Source of the DNA: Obrimoposthia wandeli
Taxonomy: Eukaryota
Direction: 5' to 3'
Length of the DNA: 64,000 bases
NCBI GenBank assembly: GCA_977020255.1
Contig: CDROCS010000253.1
Location: 1,612,001-1,676,000 of the forward strand
Within the stretch, counting starts at the first letter, position 1; each line of letters begins with the position of its first letter. A model generated the notes under the pieces. The model searched no databases. It was not told where the DNA came from and saw only the letters and a list, made by a program, of their open reading frames with translations. This document shows, piece by piece, positions 1 through 10,501 of this stretch. The position numbers and the translations under genes were made by a program.

Positions 1-54
1 CAGCACTTTGACGGTCAAACCTTTCAAACAAGTACACCAAAGTAAGGGCTCGCT

Positions 55-1365
55 ATGAAGATGTCAGGCTTGTCATTTAACGCATTACCTCCTATTGATT
101 TACCTTTTCGTTTTTTCTTAAGTGCGCCTATCTTTATCATCGCTTGTGCGCTGTTAGTTTTATTCTCAGGGGAAACACTATGGTTAAGTCGCTGGCAACC
201 GAATATGTTGGCGCTAACACACGGTTTTACCTTAGGCTTTTTAACCATGGTGATGATGGGCGCATTATTGCAACTATTACCGGTAATTGGTGGCATTGGC
301 ATTGCCAAACCGAGACTCATTGCGAGCACTAGCCACGCTTTATATTGTGTTGGTGTCATTGCTTTAATGTTAAGTTTTGTTCTTACGACTAACTGGTTGA
401 CTCTAGTTGCGTTAGCGCTACTTAGTTTGGGGTTGGGGCTTTATATCGCTGCTATTATTTGGGTGTTAATAAAAAAAATAAGCCAAGGTGATTCCATTAA
501 TTGTTTTCGTTTAGCTATAACATCTTTGGTTATATTGTTATTACTAGGTATATTGCTGTTAGTGAATCGCTTGGGTATCACAGTGCCATTCATTACGCTT
601 GATAAGCATATTACCAATATTCACGCCCTTATGGGACTGGTTGGCTGGGCAGGCATATTAATTATTGCCGTGAGTTTTCAAGTATTACCCATGTTTCATG
701 TAGCGCCTAATATGCCAAAATACATAAGGCAGTATCTTGGCGTCAGTATTTTTATCTTACTGATAGTTTATATTTTTTATGCCGAGTTTGCCTTAGGGGT
801 AATTGTCATTAGTCACGGTGTGTTTGCCCTTACTTTGTTTTATGTAATCAATCGGCGAAAACGTAAAGTGCCTGACACAAGTATTAAGTACTGGCAATTG
901 GCCGCAGGAACATTACTGTTACTGAACATACTATACTTTTTACCCGATCGTTTTTATGGCTCCGCACAGACGCCTTTATTCATGTCATTACCTAATAAAG
1001 GAATGTTGCTAACGGCAATTTTCATCTATTTTTATTTGCTGTCCGTAGTCCAAGCTATGTTGCTCAAAATATTGCCGTTTTTGAGTTATACACACCTGCA
1101 ACAACACTGTTTGGTCGATTTCTCCGCAATGCAATATATTCCTCATATGCATGAGTTTTTAAATAAAAAACAAGGATTAGCACTTTACTACTTACATATT
1201 ATCAGTGGTCTATCACTGCTGGCGGTAATATTTGAATCCAGTTTATATATTGTTTTTGCTACTTTTTTGCTGATTGAATTTGTATGGCTATTCGCCTTGA
1301 TGCTCAAGTGCATGCGTTTATATTTTACCGTCAACAAGAAAATCAACTTGTCCAATACTCTGTAA
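55..1365 (+). CDS. Polytopic membrane protein of unknown function with repeated His-containing helices (NnrS/heme-copper oxidase subunit I-like feel)
   Basis: 436-aa ORF with about 11-12 hydrophobic segments; His motifs THGFTLGF, HALMGLVGW, YTHLQQ; family not pinned down. Confidence 0.55.
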   Translation: MKMSGLSFNALPPIDLPFRFFLSAPIFIIACALLVLFSGETLWLSRWQPNMLALTHGFTLGFLTMVMMGALLQLLPVIGGIGIAKPRLIASTSHALYCVGVIALMLSFVLTTNWLTLVALALLSLGLGLYIAAIIWVLIKKISQGDSINCFRLAITSLVILLLLGILLLVNRLGITVPFITLDKHITNIHALMGLVGWAGILIIAVSFQVLPMFHVAPNMPKYIRQYLGVSIFILLIVYIFYAEFALGVIVISHGVFALTLFYVINRRKRKVPDTSIKYWQLAAGTLLLLNILYFLPDRFYGSAQTPLFMSLPNKGMLLTAIFIYFYLLSVVQAMLLKILPFLSYTHLQQHCLVDFSAMQYIPHMHEFLNKKQGLALYYLHIISGLSLLAVIFESSLYIVFATFLLIEFVWLFALMLKCMRLYFTVNKKINLSNTL

Positions 1366-1415
1366 CTGATTAGTATGCTCGCTAATAAACCCTTACAGGC
1401 TAAATTGGTCCTTTT

Positions 1416-2069
1416 ATGAATACAGTCACCTTAGTTTCAGCTGAAAAATCAGCACAACAAATAACCCCATCAAAAGTTATTTGTATAGGTCGTAATTATG
1501 TCGACCATATCAAAGAGCTTGCCAATGAAATTCCTGATGAAATGGTGGTGTTTTTAAAGCCGAACTCAGCAATTAGTTCAACATTATTAGCAATACATAA
1601 TGATGATGCTTTACATTATGAAGCAGAGCTAAGTTTTCTTTATCAAGGTGGAAAATTCACCGCAGTGGCCCTCGGTCTAGATTTAACTAAACGCGAAGTA
1701 CAAGGAAAATTAAAAGCTAAAGGATTGCCTTGGGAGCGTGCTAAGGCATTTGATAACTCCGCTGTTTTTAGTGATTTTATCACTATTGAACAAGAGGAAG
1801 TTAAGCAGTTAAATTTATCACTTATCATTAATGATGTTCTTAAACAGCAGGGCGGCGTTAATTTAATGATGGCAAAACCGGATGATATATTAAAAGAATT
1901 ACAAACTTTTATTAGCCTTGAAGATGGCGATATTGTTATGACAGGTACACCTAAAGGAGTAGGTATTATTGGTAAAAATGAACACTTTATTGGTCAAATA
2001 TATTTGAGCCCAAAAGATCTGCTAACGGATAATAAAATATTACTTGATTGCCAGTGGCAAGCACAGTAA
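1416..2069 (+). CDS. Fumarylacetoacetate hydrolase family protein
   Basis: KVICIGRNYVDH, HYEAEL, WERAKAFD, GDIVMTGTPKGVG motifs. Confidence 0.92.
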   Translation: MNTVTLVSAEKSAQQITPSKVICIGRNYVDHIKELANEIPDEMVVFLKPNSAISSTLLAIHNDDALHYEAELSFLYQGGKFTAVALGLDLTKREVQGKLKAKGLPWERAKAFDNSAVFSDFITIEQEEVKQLNLSLIINDVLKQQGGVNLMMAKPDDILKELQTFISLEDGDIVMTGTPKGVGIIGKNEHFIGQIYLSPKDLLTDNKILLDCQWQAQ

Positions 2070-2241
2070 TTACCTTTGGAAAGGCAGCACAAAGATTTAC
2101 GTTTTTTTCTTAAAGGTAAATGAAAGCTGCAAAGCTTTGCTACACTTAGTTTATACCCGCTATCATTCAAAGTGCATTCTGAAATGAATCTTGATTGGCA
2201 ACGGATATAGGCCCTTTATACTGCCATTGATAGGAAAGGCT

Positions 2242-2640
2242 ATGGAATATGAATTTGTACACGACGCCATTACAGGCGAAGCCAGAGCGCTCTTTTCGTT
2301 AGAGCATGAGGTTATAGGTCCATGGATGGAAGTTGAACTCGGACATAATGTTACTAAGCTTACCGATCTACTAACTGCGGTAGATCATATTGAAACAGGT
2401 CAATCTCAAGAAATACTCATCACAGGTAGCGAATACTCTATTACGTTAAGTAACGAAGATGTCTCTATTCAAACTAACGTGAGTATGAACGGTTCATTAA
2501 ATGGCAGTGGTGAAGGTTTACCTGAAATGTTAACAGATGAGCATATTCACTTAGATCAAAATGAAATGGCTAGCTGTGGTTTAGACGACTTTAGAACACT
2601 GTTGCTCTCTTGGCGACAGTTTACCAACGGTTTACGCTAA
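2242..2640 (+). CDS. yacL: YacL/UPF0231 family protein
   Basis: MEYEF...FSLEHEVIGPW...E...CGLDDF pattern; ATG at 2242 after AGGAAAGG preferred to the upstream TTG of the ORF track. Confidence 0.75.
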   Translation: MEYEFVHDAITGEARALFSLEHEVIGPWMEVELGHNVTKLTDLLTAVDHIETGQSQEILITGSEYSITLSNEDVSIQTNVSMNGSLNGSGEGLPEMLTDEHIHLDQNEMASCGLDDFRTLLLSWRQFTNGLR

Positions 2641-2684
2641 ACATTAGTTATTTAACCTGAATTATATTTAAGAGATAGTTCAGG

Positions 2685-3524
2685 TTATTTACTGTCAGTA
2701 AACTCTGAAACTAAACGCTGTAAAATGTCTTCATCAATAGCCAGTAGCTTGCAGACATTCTCTTTTACGTAAGGCCAGTCTGCGGAGGGACAATCGGAAT
2801 GCTTGATTGAAACGAGTTGTTCACTCAACTTAAGTACGGCAAATAAATCTTGCTCTTGTGAGCCATTAAGTTCGCCAATAAATGCTCTATCGCGGTGCTG
2901 TAAAATAATTTGGCAAACGTCTTTGGGTAAACGCCATGAACTGGCAACATAATAACCAATCGTCGCATGATTCACGCCATAATGTTGCTCTTCTAGCTCG
3001 GTAAGCGCGGTCTCTGGTGTTGTTAATGCATTATCTAATAGTTGTTGATAATTATCATATTTCATTGCCATTACAGGTACACCGCAGGCATGAAATAATC
3101 CTAAACTAAAAAATCTATCATTAGCAATTTGAGGTTTATACCTTTGCCCAAGCAACATCGCAGTACTGGCAATGTCAGAAGTAAACTGCCAAAAATCTTC
3201 TAAATCGATACTGCAGTTTTTGGGATCAAAACTTTTTTTAAGTAAACTACCAGTGACCAACATCACAACACCAAAAATGCCAATGTAGTTCACTGACATT
3301 TTGATATCGGTGACTGTTCTACCCAGGCCGTATAGAGGGGAGTTAATGGTTTTTAAAATAGCGGCACTCACCGCTATGTCTTTACTAATGGCACGGCTAA
3401 TCGCGTTAATATTTGGGGTTGCTTCAGCCATGAGTTTCAGTAACTCTAACAATAACTTAGGTTGCGCGGGTACTGAAAAACCACGGCCAATATCATCTAA
3501 AACACTTTGATCAACAATTAACAT
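2685..3524 (-). CDS. Stand-alone HDOD domain protein
   Basis: ISKDIAVSAAILKTINSPLYGL, GLFHACG, HATIGYYVASSWRLP...IILQH. Confidence 0.9.
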   Translation of the reverse strand: MLIVDQSVLDDIGRGFSVPAQPKLLLELLKLMAEATPNINAISRAISKDIAVSAAILKTINSPLYGLGRTVTDIKMSVNYIGIFGVVMLVTGSLLKKSFDPKNCSIDLEDFWQFTSDIASTAMLLGQRYKPQIANDRFFSLGLFHACGVPVMAMKYDNYQQLLDNALTTPETALTELEEQHYGVNHATIGYYVASSWRLPKDVCQIILQHRDRAFIGELNGSQEQDLFAVLKLSEQLVSIKHSDCPSADWPYVKENVCKLLAIDEDILQRLVSEFTDSK

Positions 3525-4003
3525 AATACTAATAAAAGGCTATAAAAACATAGATTAAGTGTACGTGATAAAAAATGTTATTGCTTTGTTTATTATCAAG
3601 CTTACGATGTGAAATTTTGTTTATATTAGCTATTTATGAATGGGTTATGTAAATCATCATCACAAAAAATCCAATGAGGATAGTGTTGAAAACAAGAATA
3701 TAAGTAAAGCCTTTGATGCCTTGCTTAAGGCTGTAGTCATGTGCGTTAAGGTACCAAGTCCAAATGGCACACATAATTATGGGCATTAATAAGAAAAATT
3801 TTATCATAAAGTAACCTCAGCTCGGTTTAATAAATATTTCTATAGCGGTTATTTTTACTGACTTCATCGTTAAGTTTATTTGCAATAGGTTAACTATTGA
3901 CGCATAAAACTTGCCTTGAATTAAGCAAAACTACCTCACTATATAATAAAAATGTAAATCATTGTATTTCAATTAGCTAACCATTTCTAAAACCGAGTTG
4001 AGG

Positions 4004-5275
4004 TTAGCTTGCTCTCGAGTTAAGGGATGTTTCATTCCAAGGGGCAACTTTAAGTAGCATCAACATACCCGGAACAGCTAAAGCCGTACAAAGAAAATAG
4101 AAATTTGTCCAACCTATTTGTTCAACAATAACGCCTGTAGTGGCATTAGCAAAAGTGCGTGGCACTACAGCTAAGGCAGTAAATAAGGCAATTTGTGTTG
4201 CTGCAAAGGCTGGGTTAGTCGTTTTAGCAATAAAAGCAGTGAAAGCGGCTGTGCCTAAACCAACGCCTAAATACTCAAACCCCATGGCAATGGCTAAAGC
4301 ATAGGTGTTATGTCCTATTTCAGCGAGGGCAGCAAAGCCTAAAATACTTAAAATTTGTACAAAACCAAACAACCATAACGCTCGATTAATACTGAGCTTA
4401 ATCATCACTAAGCCGCCAACGACGATACCAATGGTCATTGCAATTAATGATGAGGTCTTAGCAACAACCCCTATTTCAGTTTTGCTAAAGCCCATATCAA
4501 TGAAGAATGGAGTTTGCAACGCTGTTGCCATATTGTCTCCTAATTTATAAAGCACAAGAAACAATAGCGTATATCCTGCAGATCTAAGCCCTTTACTCTG
4601 GATGAAGTCTTTAAATGGTAGGACAATAGCTTCTTTCAGGCTTTTAGGCGCAGAATGCTCTGACTCAAGCTCTTTAATGAATAATGTTAACAATACGCCT
4701 AATAACATAAAGGCTGCGACTATCACGAAGACGGATTGCCAACTCATATGATCGGCTAGAATGAATCCGAGTGATCCCGGTACCAGTCCTGAAAGTCGGT
4801 AAGCTTGTACATGAATTGAGTTACCTAAGCCAAGTTCGTTATCGGGTAATAACTCTCGTCGATAAGCATCAAGCACGATATCTTGACTAGCACTGAAAAA
4901 AGCTACTGCTGCTGCTAAATAGGCTACCGACCATATATCCATAATTGGGTTAACAAAGCCAAAACCAGCAATAGAGCCTAACAATAAAAGTTGCGTTACT
5001 AACATCCAACTTCGTCGTCGGCCAAGTATGCCGAGTGAGTAGCGGTCCATGAGTGGTGACCAAAGGAATTTCCAAACATAAGGGATGCCAATTAATGAGA
5101 ACAACCCAATCTCAGTGAGACTAACCCCTTCATCACGCAACCAACCGGGTACTAATTGATACAAAACAAACAACGGTAGACCTGAGCTAAAGCCGGTAAA
5201 AATACAAATAAGCATGCGCTTATTTAAAATCGCCTCTTTAAATGAACTGTTTTTTACTGGGCTAGCTGTGGGCAT
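4004..5275 (-). CDS. ampG: AmpG family muropeptide MFS transporter
   Basis: GFSSGLPL, WKFLWSPLMDRY, GRRRSW, SASQDIVLDAYRRE; neighbours a yajG-like gene as in other gammaproteobacteria. Confidence 0.9.
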   Translation of the reverse strand: MPTASPVKNSSFKEAILNKRMLICIFTGFSSGLPLFVLYQLVPGWLRDEGVSLTEIGLFSLIGIPYVWKFLWSPLMDRYSLGILGRRRSWMLVTQLLLLGSIAGFGFVNPIMDIWSVAYLAAAVAFFSASQDIVLDAYRRELLPDNELGLGNSIHVQAYRLSGLVPGSLGFILADHMSWQSVFVIVAAFMLLGVLLTLFIKELESEHSAPKSLKEAIVLPFKDFIQSKGLRSAGYTLLFLVLYKLGDNMATALQTPFFIDMGFSKTEIGVVAKTSSLIAMTIGIVVGGLVMIKLSINRALWLFGFVQILSILGFAALAEIGHNTYALAIAMGFEYLGVGLGTAAFTAFIAKTTNPAFAATQIALFTALAVVPRTFANATTGVIVEQIGWTNFYFLCTALAVPGMLMLLKVAPWNETSLNSRAS

Positions 5276-5387
5276 TAGCGAGTAACTTAAAATTAGGTTT
5301 TTATTTCTTCTAAGTTTATCAGAGGCTTGTTGTTTGCAGAAGAGGCATGCGATATTTGAGTGATAATTTAATTGTTAATCAGCTCAG

Positions 5388-5717
5388 TTAAGGGATCGGA
5401 CGCCAGCCAATACAATCAATAGGGTAGCTACCAGTACCGTTAAAAAAGTCCAGGCAGGTATTCATTTCACTTTTGAAAAATAGATCTTGGTTGAGTGCTT
5501 GGGCACCATGTAAGCTAACTTCATGCATCAAATGCCAAAATACCCGTTCTTTAGCGCTGTTTGGAGTTTCATCAATAACTTTTAATAATGTCCACTCAGA
5601 CATGGTATCTAGAATAAAGCGGTCTAGCTCAGTATAATGCAATTCTTGCGATATGACTGCGTTCACATAGGCATGTATCTGTAGTATTTTATGATCGATA
5701 AACTGCTCAATTATCAT
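5388..5717 (-). CDS. Hypothetical protein (109 aa)
   Basis: Clean ORF with ATG and AAGGAA ribosome-binding site, co-directional with its neighbours; no recognised domain. Confidence 0.65.
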   Translation of the reverse strand: MIIEQFIDHKILQIHAYVNAVISQELHYTELDRFILDTMSEWTLLKVIDETPNSAKERVFWHLMHEVSLHGAQALNQDLFFKSEMNTCLDFFNGTGSYPIDCIGWRPIP

Positions 5718-5972
5718 GAAATTTCCTTAAAACACTTACTATTTTATGCAGAAGATGACGGTGCTTAGCTGGAGAGTAAAATTTAACCGACAAAAAATTA
5801 GCGTCTTTATTATCAATTTACTTGTTTTTTATTCGTTAACTTACTTATCGGTGATAGTTTGCTTTTTGTCAAAAAAAACCATACAAAAGTCATAAAAAAT
5901 TCATGTGATGCTTATAAAATGTTCATGTTTGTTGTTTTTATAAGCTTCTGTTGTTGATGTTTATTGATAAAC

Positions 5973-6560
5973 CTAATCATTAGCGGGCAATAATGTTGCT
6001 TTAATTAACGTGACGGGTTTTACCGGTACGTCATTCCAAGCCATTGCTTCGTTGTAATCTGTAGGTACTTTTGCAATCGCTTCTAGTACCTCTTCCCCCT
6101 CTATGATAGCGCCAAAAACAGCATAGCCCCATTTCCTTCCTGGGTCTAAAGTGGAGTTATCTGCTAGATTAAAAAAGAATTGGCGATTGGCGGTATGTGG
6201 CCTATTTTCTTTCGCCATAGCGATAGTCCCAATTTCATTTTTTAGGCCATTTCCTGATTCATTGAAAATGCTTTTACCTAAATCCTTAGCGGAAAATTTA
6301 GCGTCGTAACCACCACCTTGCACAATGAAATCATCAATAATACGATGGAAAATAGTGTTGTTATACTCACCTTTGACTACATATTCTAGAAAATTATCCA
6401 CCGTAATAGGCGCTTTCACTCTATCGAGCTCAACAACAATTACTCCCATGGATGTTTCCAATTTTACTTTAGGGTATATATTAGTAGGGTCAACCGCATA
6501 ACTAAAAAAACTGATGATTAGTAAAGCGTTTATAATAATAAATTGGAAAGTACGGTTCAT
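5973..6560 (-). CDS. ppiA: Cyclophilin-type peptidyl-prolyl cis-trans isomerase, exported
   Basis: Signal peptide; APITVDNF, YNNTIFHRII...VQGGG, GTIAMA, QFFFN, GYAVFG. Confidence 0.88.
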   Translation of the reverse strand: MNRTFQFIIINALLIISFFSYAVDPTNIYPKVKLETSMGVIVVELDRVKAPITVDNFLEYVVKGEYNNTIFHRIIDDFIVQGGGYDAKFSAKDLGKSIFNESGNGLKNEIGTIAMAKENRPHTANRQFFFNLADNSTLDPGRKWGYAVFGAIIEGEEVLEAIAKVPTDYNEAMAWNDVPVKPVTLIKATLLPAND

Positions 6561-6605
6561 AATTACCTACTGTTCAGTGGAATAGAGTTAGTGATTTAGC
6601 TTATT

Positions 6606-7175
6606 TTATAAAAAGGTTTTAATATCTTTACTGGTTAATATTTGTTTTATCAAGGTACTTAAGTGCTGATTAAATTCACGTTCTAATACCGCTATATCAG
6701 CATTAAGAGCCCCCTCACTGTGCGCTCTATTTTTAAAGCTGCTAGTCAGTGTTTGTTTGGTATTATCAATAGAAACCTTGATGATAATTTCACTTTGAGT
6801 GCTGTAACTGACACTTTCCTGATCAACACTTATTACCGCTTTTTCTATGGTCACAGTTATTTTATTATTTGCTGAGTCAGTTAAAGATAAACCTTGCTGT
6901 TGCCACTGTTTCGCTAATATAGCTTGAATAATATCTTCAAGGCGCTGCTCAGACGAAAGGATGATTGCCGCTTCATCCTCTTCTAGTACCTGAATGATAT
7001 GGGTACTTGTACGCATATCAATAACGTTCAATTGTGCTTCTTTGCCAGATAACTGATTCGAAGGTGATAGATAAACTTGAGGCGACACAATTAAATGTGT
7101 AGGCGCTGTACTACACCCCGCAATGCTCGCAAGCAATAAGACTAAGGAGATTGACTTAAAGGTGTTGAAGTTCAT
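6606..7175 (-). CDS. yajG: YajG family lipoprotein
   Basis: Lipobox IAGC; length and position upstream of ampG. Confidence 0.75.
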   Translation of the reverse strand: MNFNTFKSISLVLLLASIAGCSTAPTHLIVSPQVYLSPSNQLSGKEAQLNVIDMRTSTHIIQVLEEDEAAIILSSEQRLEDIIQAILAKQWQQQGLSLTDSANNKITVTIEKAVISVDQESVSYSTQSEIIIKVSIDNTKQTLTSSFKNRAHSEGALNADIAVLEREFNQHLSTLIKQILTSKDIKTFL

Positions 7176-7191
7176 ATTTCTCTCTATTTAT

Positions 7192-8370
7192 TTAGCGTTT
7201 AATGGCTGATTGGGTGACAAACTTATCATTACTGGCTATTAATGTTTCATTACCAAAAAGGCGTTGTAATTTAATATGATAAGCTAATTTTTGGTTACCA
7301 ATAATGCGTAACTCACCACCTTTTTTTAATACTCGGTGACTATCTCTAAACATCTGCCAAGCGATGTGATCGGTTGTCGCGGTATTTTGATGAAAAGGTG
7401 GGTTACATAAAATTAAATCAACACTACCACCTTCTATATCAGTTAAAGAATCGTTGAGGGTAAACTCACATTGTTCAATCACTTCAGGCAGGTTTGTCAT
7501 GATATTTTGCTTCGCTGAGGCCATTGCCATGCTAGATTCATCAATAAAGTGAACGTGCGCTTCAGGTTGATTAGCTAAAACGGTAAGGCCGATAACACCA
7601 TTACCGCAACCTAAGTCTATTACTTTGCAGTTAGCGGCAACTTTAGGTAAATTTTCAATAAAGTATCTGGCGCCAATATCTAACTTTTCTCGCGCATAAA
7701 CATTAGCATGATTACTTATGGTCAACTCGCGAGACGGTGAGTCATTGGTAGATGTATGCGCTAAAGACCAAACAGTTGGGAAAGGCGATTGGTGTACTTG
7801 CTTGTTATCAAACTGACAAAAGACTAAACGTGCTTTCTTTACTGCTAAAGATGTTTTGGTGGTGCCTAAATATTTTTCAAACACTTTTAAGGTCGCGCTA
7901 TGAATTTCTTTAGCGCGATCAGCGGCAATAAAAATACAGTTATCACCCACTGATTTTTTGATTTGAATGAGTTGCTCTATCAGTAGTGATTTGCTTTTAG
8001 GGATCTTATATAAAATGACGTCAATATCATTTGGCAAAACATCAAGAGAATTTAGCTGCTTAAAATTACTATCATCTAAGCCATTTTGCTCAATGTTATA
8101 GCTTGCCCCTTCACTACTAATGTAAGAGTCATTAATAGAAAAAACTTCAGTATTTTCAGTAGCTGATTGGCAAAAATTAACAGCCAATGCACCAAAAGCA
8201 TCATTAAAAATAGCTACCTTTGTTTGCGGGTTAATTAAACCTTGTTCGTTAACATGGTTTAATAGGTATTCATCGGCTGAGTCCCATGCTTGTAAGCTAC
8301 GGTTTACTTGTGAAACAGGGAAACGGCTTAGGAATAAGTTCTTATCATTAACAATAAAAGGGCTGATCAT
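7192..8370 (-). CDS. rlmG: 23S rRNA m2G1835 methyltransferase
   Basis: LQAWDSADEYLL, NDAFGAL, DLGCGNG, CNPPFHQ motifs. Confidence 0.9.
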   Translation of the reverse strand: MISPFIVNDKNLFLSRFPVSQVNRSLQAWDSADEYLLNHVNEQGLINPQTKVAIFNDAFGALAVNFCQSATENTEVFSINDSYISSEGASYNIEQNGLDDSNFKQLNSLDVLPNDIDVILYKIPKSKSLLIEQLIQIKKSVGDNCIFIAADRAKEIHSATLKVFEKYLGTTKTSLAVKKARLVFCQFDNKQVHQSPFPTVWSLAHTSTNDSPSRELTISNHANVYAREKLDIGARYFIENLPKVAANCKVIDLGCGNGVIGLTVLANQPEAHVHFIDESSMAMASAKQNIMTNLPEVIEQCEFTLNDSLTDIEGGSVDLILCNPPFHQNTATTDHIAWQMFRDSHRVLKKGGELRIIGNQKLAYHIKLQRLFGNETLIASNDKFVTQSAIKR

Positions 8371-8508
8371 AAAAATTGGCTAAAGGTCAGTGAAAATTTG
8401 GCCGCTATTGTGTCATAATCGATAACATATTGTTGGTCTATCCACTTAAATCAGCTAAAATATTTACTACTTTTAATACTTCATATTTTTACACTCAGCG
8501 AGAGAATA

Positions 8509-8823
8509 ATGACTGTTGCCTCTGTAATTGAACAAAAACTGCTTGACGCTTTTAAACCTTCACACTTAGATGTGATTAATGAAAGTAATAACCATAATGT
8601 ACCGCCGGGTAGTGAGTCACACTTTAAAGTTGTTATTGTGGCTGAAGCTTTTGAAAATGAGCGTTTAATAAAACGTCATCGTTTAGTCAATAGCGTGCTT
8701 TCACAAGAGCTAGCTGAAAAAATTCATGCGCTAGCTATACATACTTATACAGAAAAAGAATGGCAAGAGCAGTATGCTGACAATACGCCAAGCTCACCAA
8801 ACTGTTTAGGTGGCGGGAAATAA
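8509..8823 (+). CDS. bolA: BolA family protein
   Basis: ESNNHNVPPGSESHFKVVIV, RHRLVN, IHALAIHTYT, SPNCLGGG. Confidence 0.95.
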   Translation: MTVASVIEQKLLDAFKPSHLDVINESNNHNVPPGSESHFKVVIVAEAFENERLIKRHRLVNSVLSQELAEKIHALAIHTYTEKEWQEQYADNTPSSPNCLGGGK

Positions 8824-8970
8824 CCATATCGAATCTGGTCGTACCTCTTTATGCTTAAGGCAGGGTACAATGTCATCAGATTATTGAAAGTCACTTTCAA
8901 ACCTTAGCAGTGTTTTACAAAAAGGTATGACCCTAGCTGAGTCACTAATATAAATAAAAAAGGTTTACTT

Positions 8971-10161
8971 ATGGTTATCAAGCCAAAAATTCGTGGTTTT
9001 ATCTGTACTAATGCTCACCCAGTAGGTTGTGAAGCACATGTGAATGAGCAAATTGCTTATGTAAAAGCACAAACATTAGCGACTTCGGGTCCTAAAAATG
9101 TTTTAGTTATCGGTGCCTCTACTGGTTACGGTTTAGCTTCACGTATCACAGCTACTTTTGGTCATGATGCAAAAACGTTAGGTATTTTCTTTGAAAAGCC
9201 ACCAACAGAAAAGAAAACTGGTTCTGCCGGTTGGTACAATACAGCAGCTTTCGTAAAAGCGGCTGATGAAGCAGGTATTTACGCTAAGAACATTAATGGC
9301 GATGCTTTTTCTCATGAAATAAAAGCAAAAGCTATTGAAGCAATTAAAGCTGATATGGGTAAAGTTGATTTAGTTGTTTATTCATTAGCATCTCCACGTA
9401 GAACTGATCCTGATACCGGTGAAGTATATTCATCTACGTTAAAGCCTATTGGTGAAAGCGTTACTACTAAAAATCTTAATACTTCAAAGCGTACTATCGA
9501 TGAAATATCTGTTGAAGCAGCAAATGATGCTGAAATTCAAGGTACCATCGATGTAATGGGTGGAGCTGATTGGGAATTATGGATGAACCAACTTGGCGAA
9601 GCTGGTGTCTTGGCTGAAGGTGTTAAAACCGTCGCTTATACTTACATTGGTAAAGAATTAACGTGGCCAATATACGGCAAAGCGACTATTGGTAAAGCTA
9701 AAGAAGATTTAGACAGAGCGGCAACAGCTATTAACGCAGCAACGGCTGATTTAAATGGTCAAGCACGCGTAACTTCTTTAAATGCCGTGGTAACACAAGC
9801 CAGTTCTGCTATTCCTATTATGCCTTTATACATCTCAGCTATGTTCAAAGTGATGAAAGCAGACGGTACTTATGAAGGTTGTATTGAGCAAATTTCTAAT
9901 TTATTCAAAGAGAACATTTATAGTGACTCGCCTCGTTTAGATGAGCAAGGCCGTTTCCGTCAAAACTATAAAGAACTAGAAGACAGTGTTCAGCAACGTG
10001 TTACTGATATTTGGAACAATGTTGATACAGATACTATTGATGAATTAACGGATTACGTTGCTTATCATCAAGAGTTCTTAAAACTGTTTGGTTTTGATAT
10101 TGCTGGTGTTGATTACGATGCCGACGTTAACCCAGAAGTTGCGATTAATAACTTAGTGTAA
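8971..10161 (+). CDS. fabV: Enoyl-ACP reductase FabV (trans-2-enoyl-CoA reductase family)
   Basis: [46 protein letters not shown]. Confidence 0.96.
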   Translation: MVIKPKIRGFICTNAHPVGCEAHVNEQIAYVKAQTLATSGPKNVLVIGASTGYGLASRITATFGHDAKTLGIFFEKPPTEKKTGSAGWYNTAAFVKAADEAGIYAKNINGDAFSHEIKAKAIEAIKADMGKVDLVVYSLASPRRTDPDTGEVYSSTLKPIGESVTTKNLNTSKRTIDEISVEAANDAEIQGTIDVMGGADWELWMNQLGEAGVLAEGVKTVAYTYIGKELTWPIYGKATIGKAKEDLDRAATAINAATADLNGQARVTSLNAVVTQASSAIPIMPLYISAMFKVMKADGTYEGCIEQISNLFKENIYSDSPRLDEQGRFRQNYKELEDSVQQRVTDIWNNVDTDTIDELTDYVAYHQEFLKLFGFDIAGVDYDADVNPEVAINNLV

Positions 10162-10223
10162 CCATTTAGTTTAATCATTTTTTAATCGCGATAATTGTCT
10201 AAAGGCACTTATCGTTAGACAGT

Positions 10224-10270
10224 AAAAAGCCGCACAATTTATTGCTAGTAATAAATTGTGCGGCTTTTTT
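10224..10270 (+). terminator. Rho-independent terminator after fabV
   Basis: AAAAAGCCGCACAATTTATT-GCTAGT-AATAAATTGTGCGGCTTTTTT: long perfect stem with T-tract. Confidence 0.9.
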
Positions 10271-10373
10271 GTGCTCTAAAAGTCGTCAAGATAATCTAAA
10301 ATTCAACTCAGATCTGTAATGATCACTCTGTGCGCTTTGACGTTAGTTACTGCTTGTTCTTTAAGTCAACTGC

Positions 10374-10418
10374 TAGCCAATGAACTAAACCGCTCCGCGG
10401 TATTGGAGTTCTTGGCTA
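10374..10418. repeat. Left-end hairpin of the IS91-like element
   Basis: TAGCCAA-t-GAACT-aa-ACCGC-tcc-GCGGT-attgg-AGTTC-TTGGCTA folds into a stem with a single bulged T. Confidence 0.7.
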
Positions 10419-10501
10419 ATCCTTTAAATCCTTTAACCTTTCATATTCTTTTCTACTCTTAGTATTGAGGCATTTCGCCTCAATTAACGAGGAGTTTTAA
10501 C

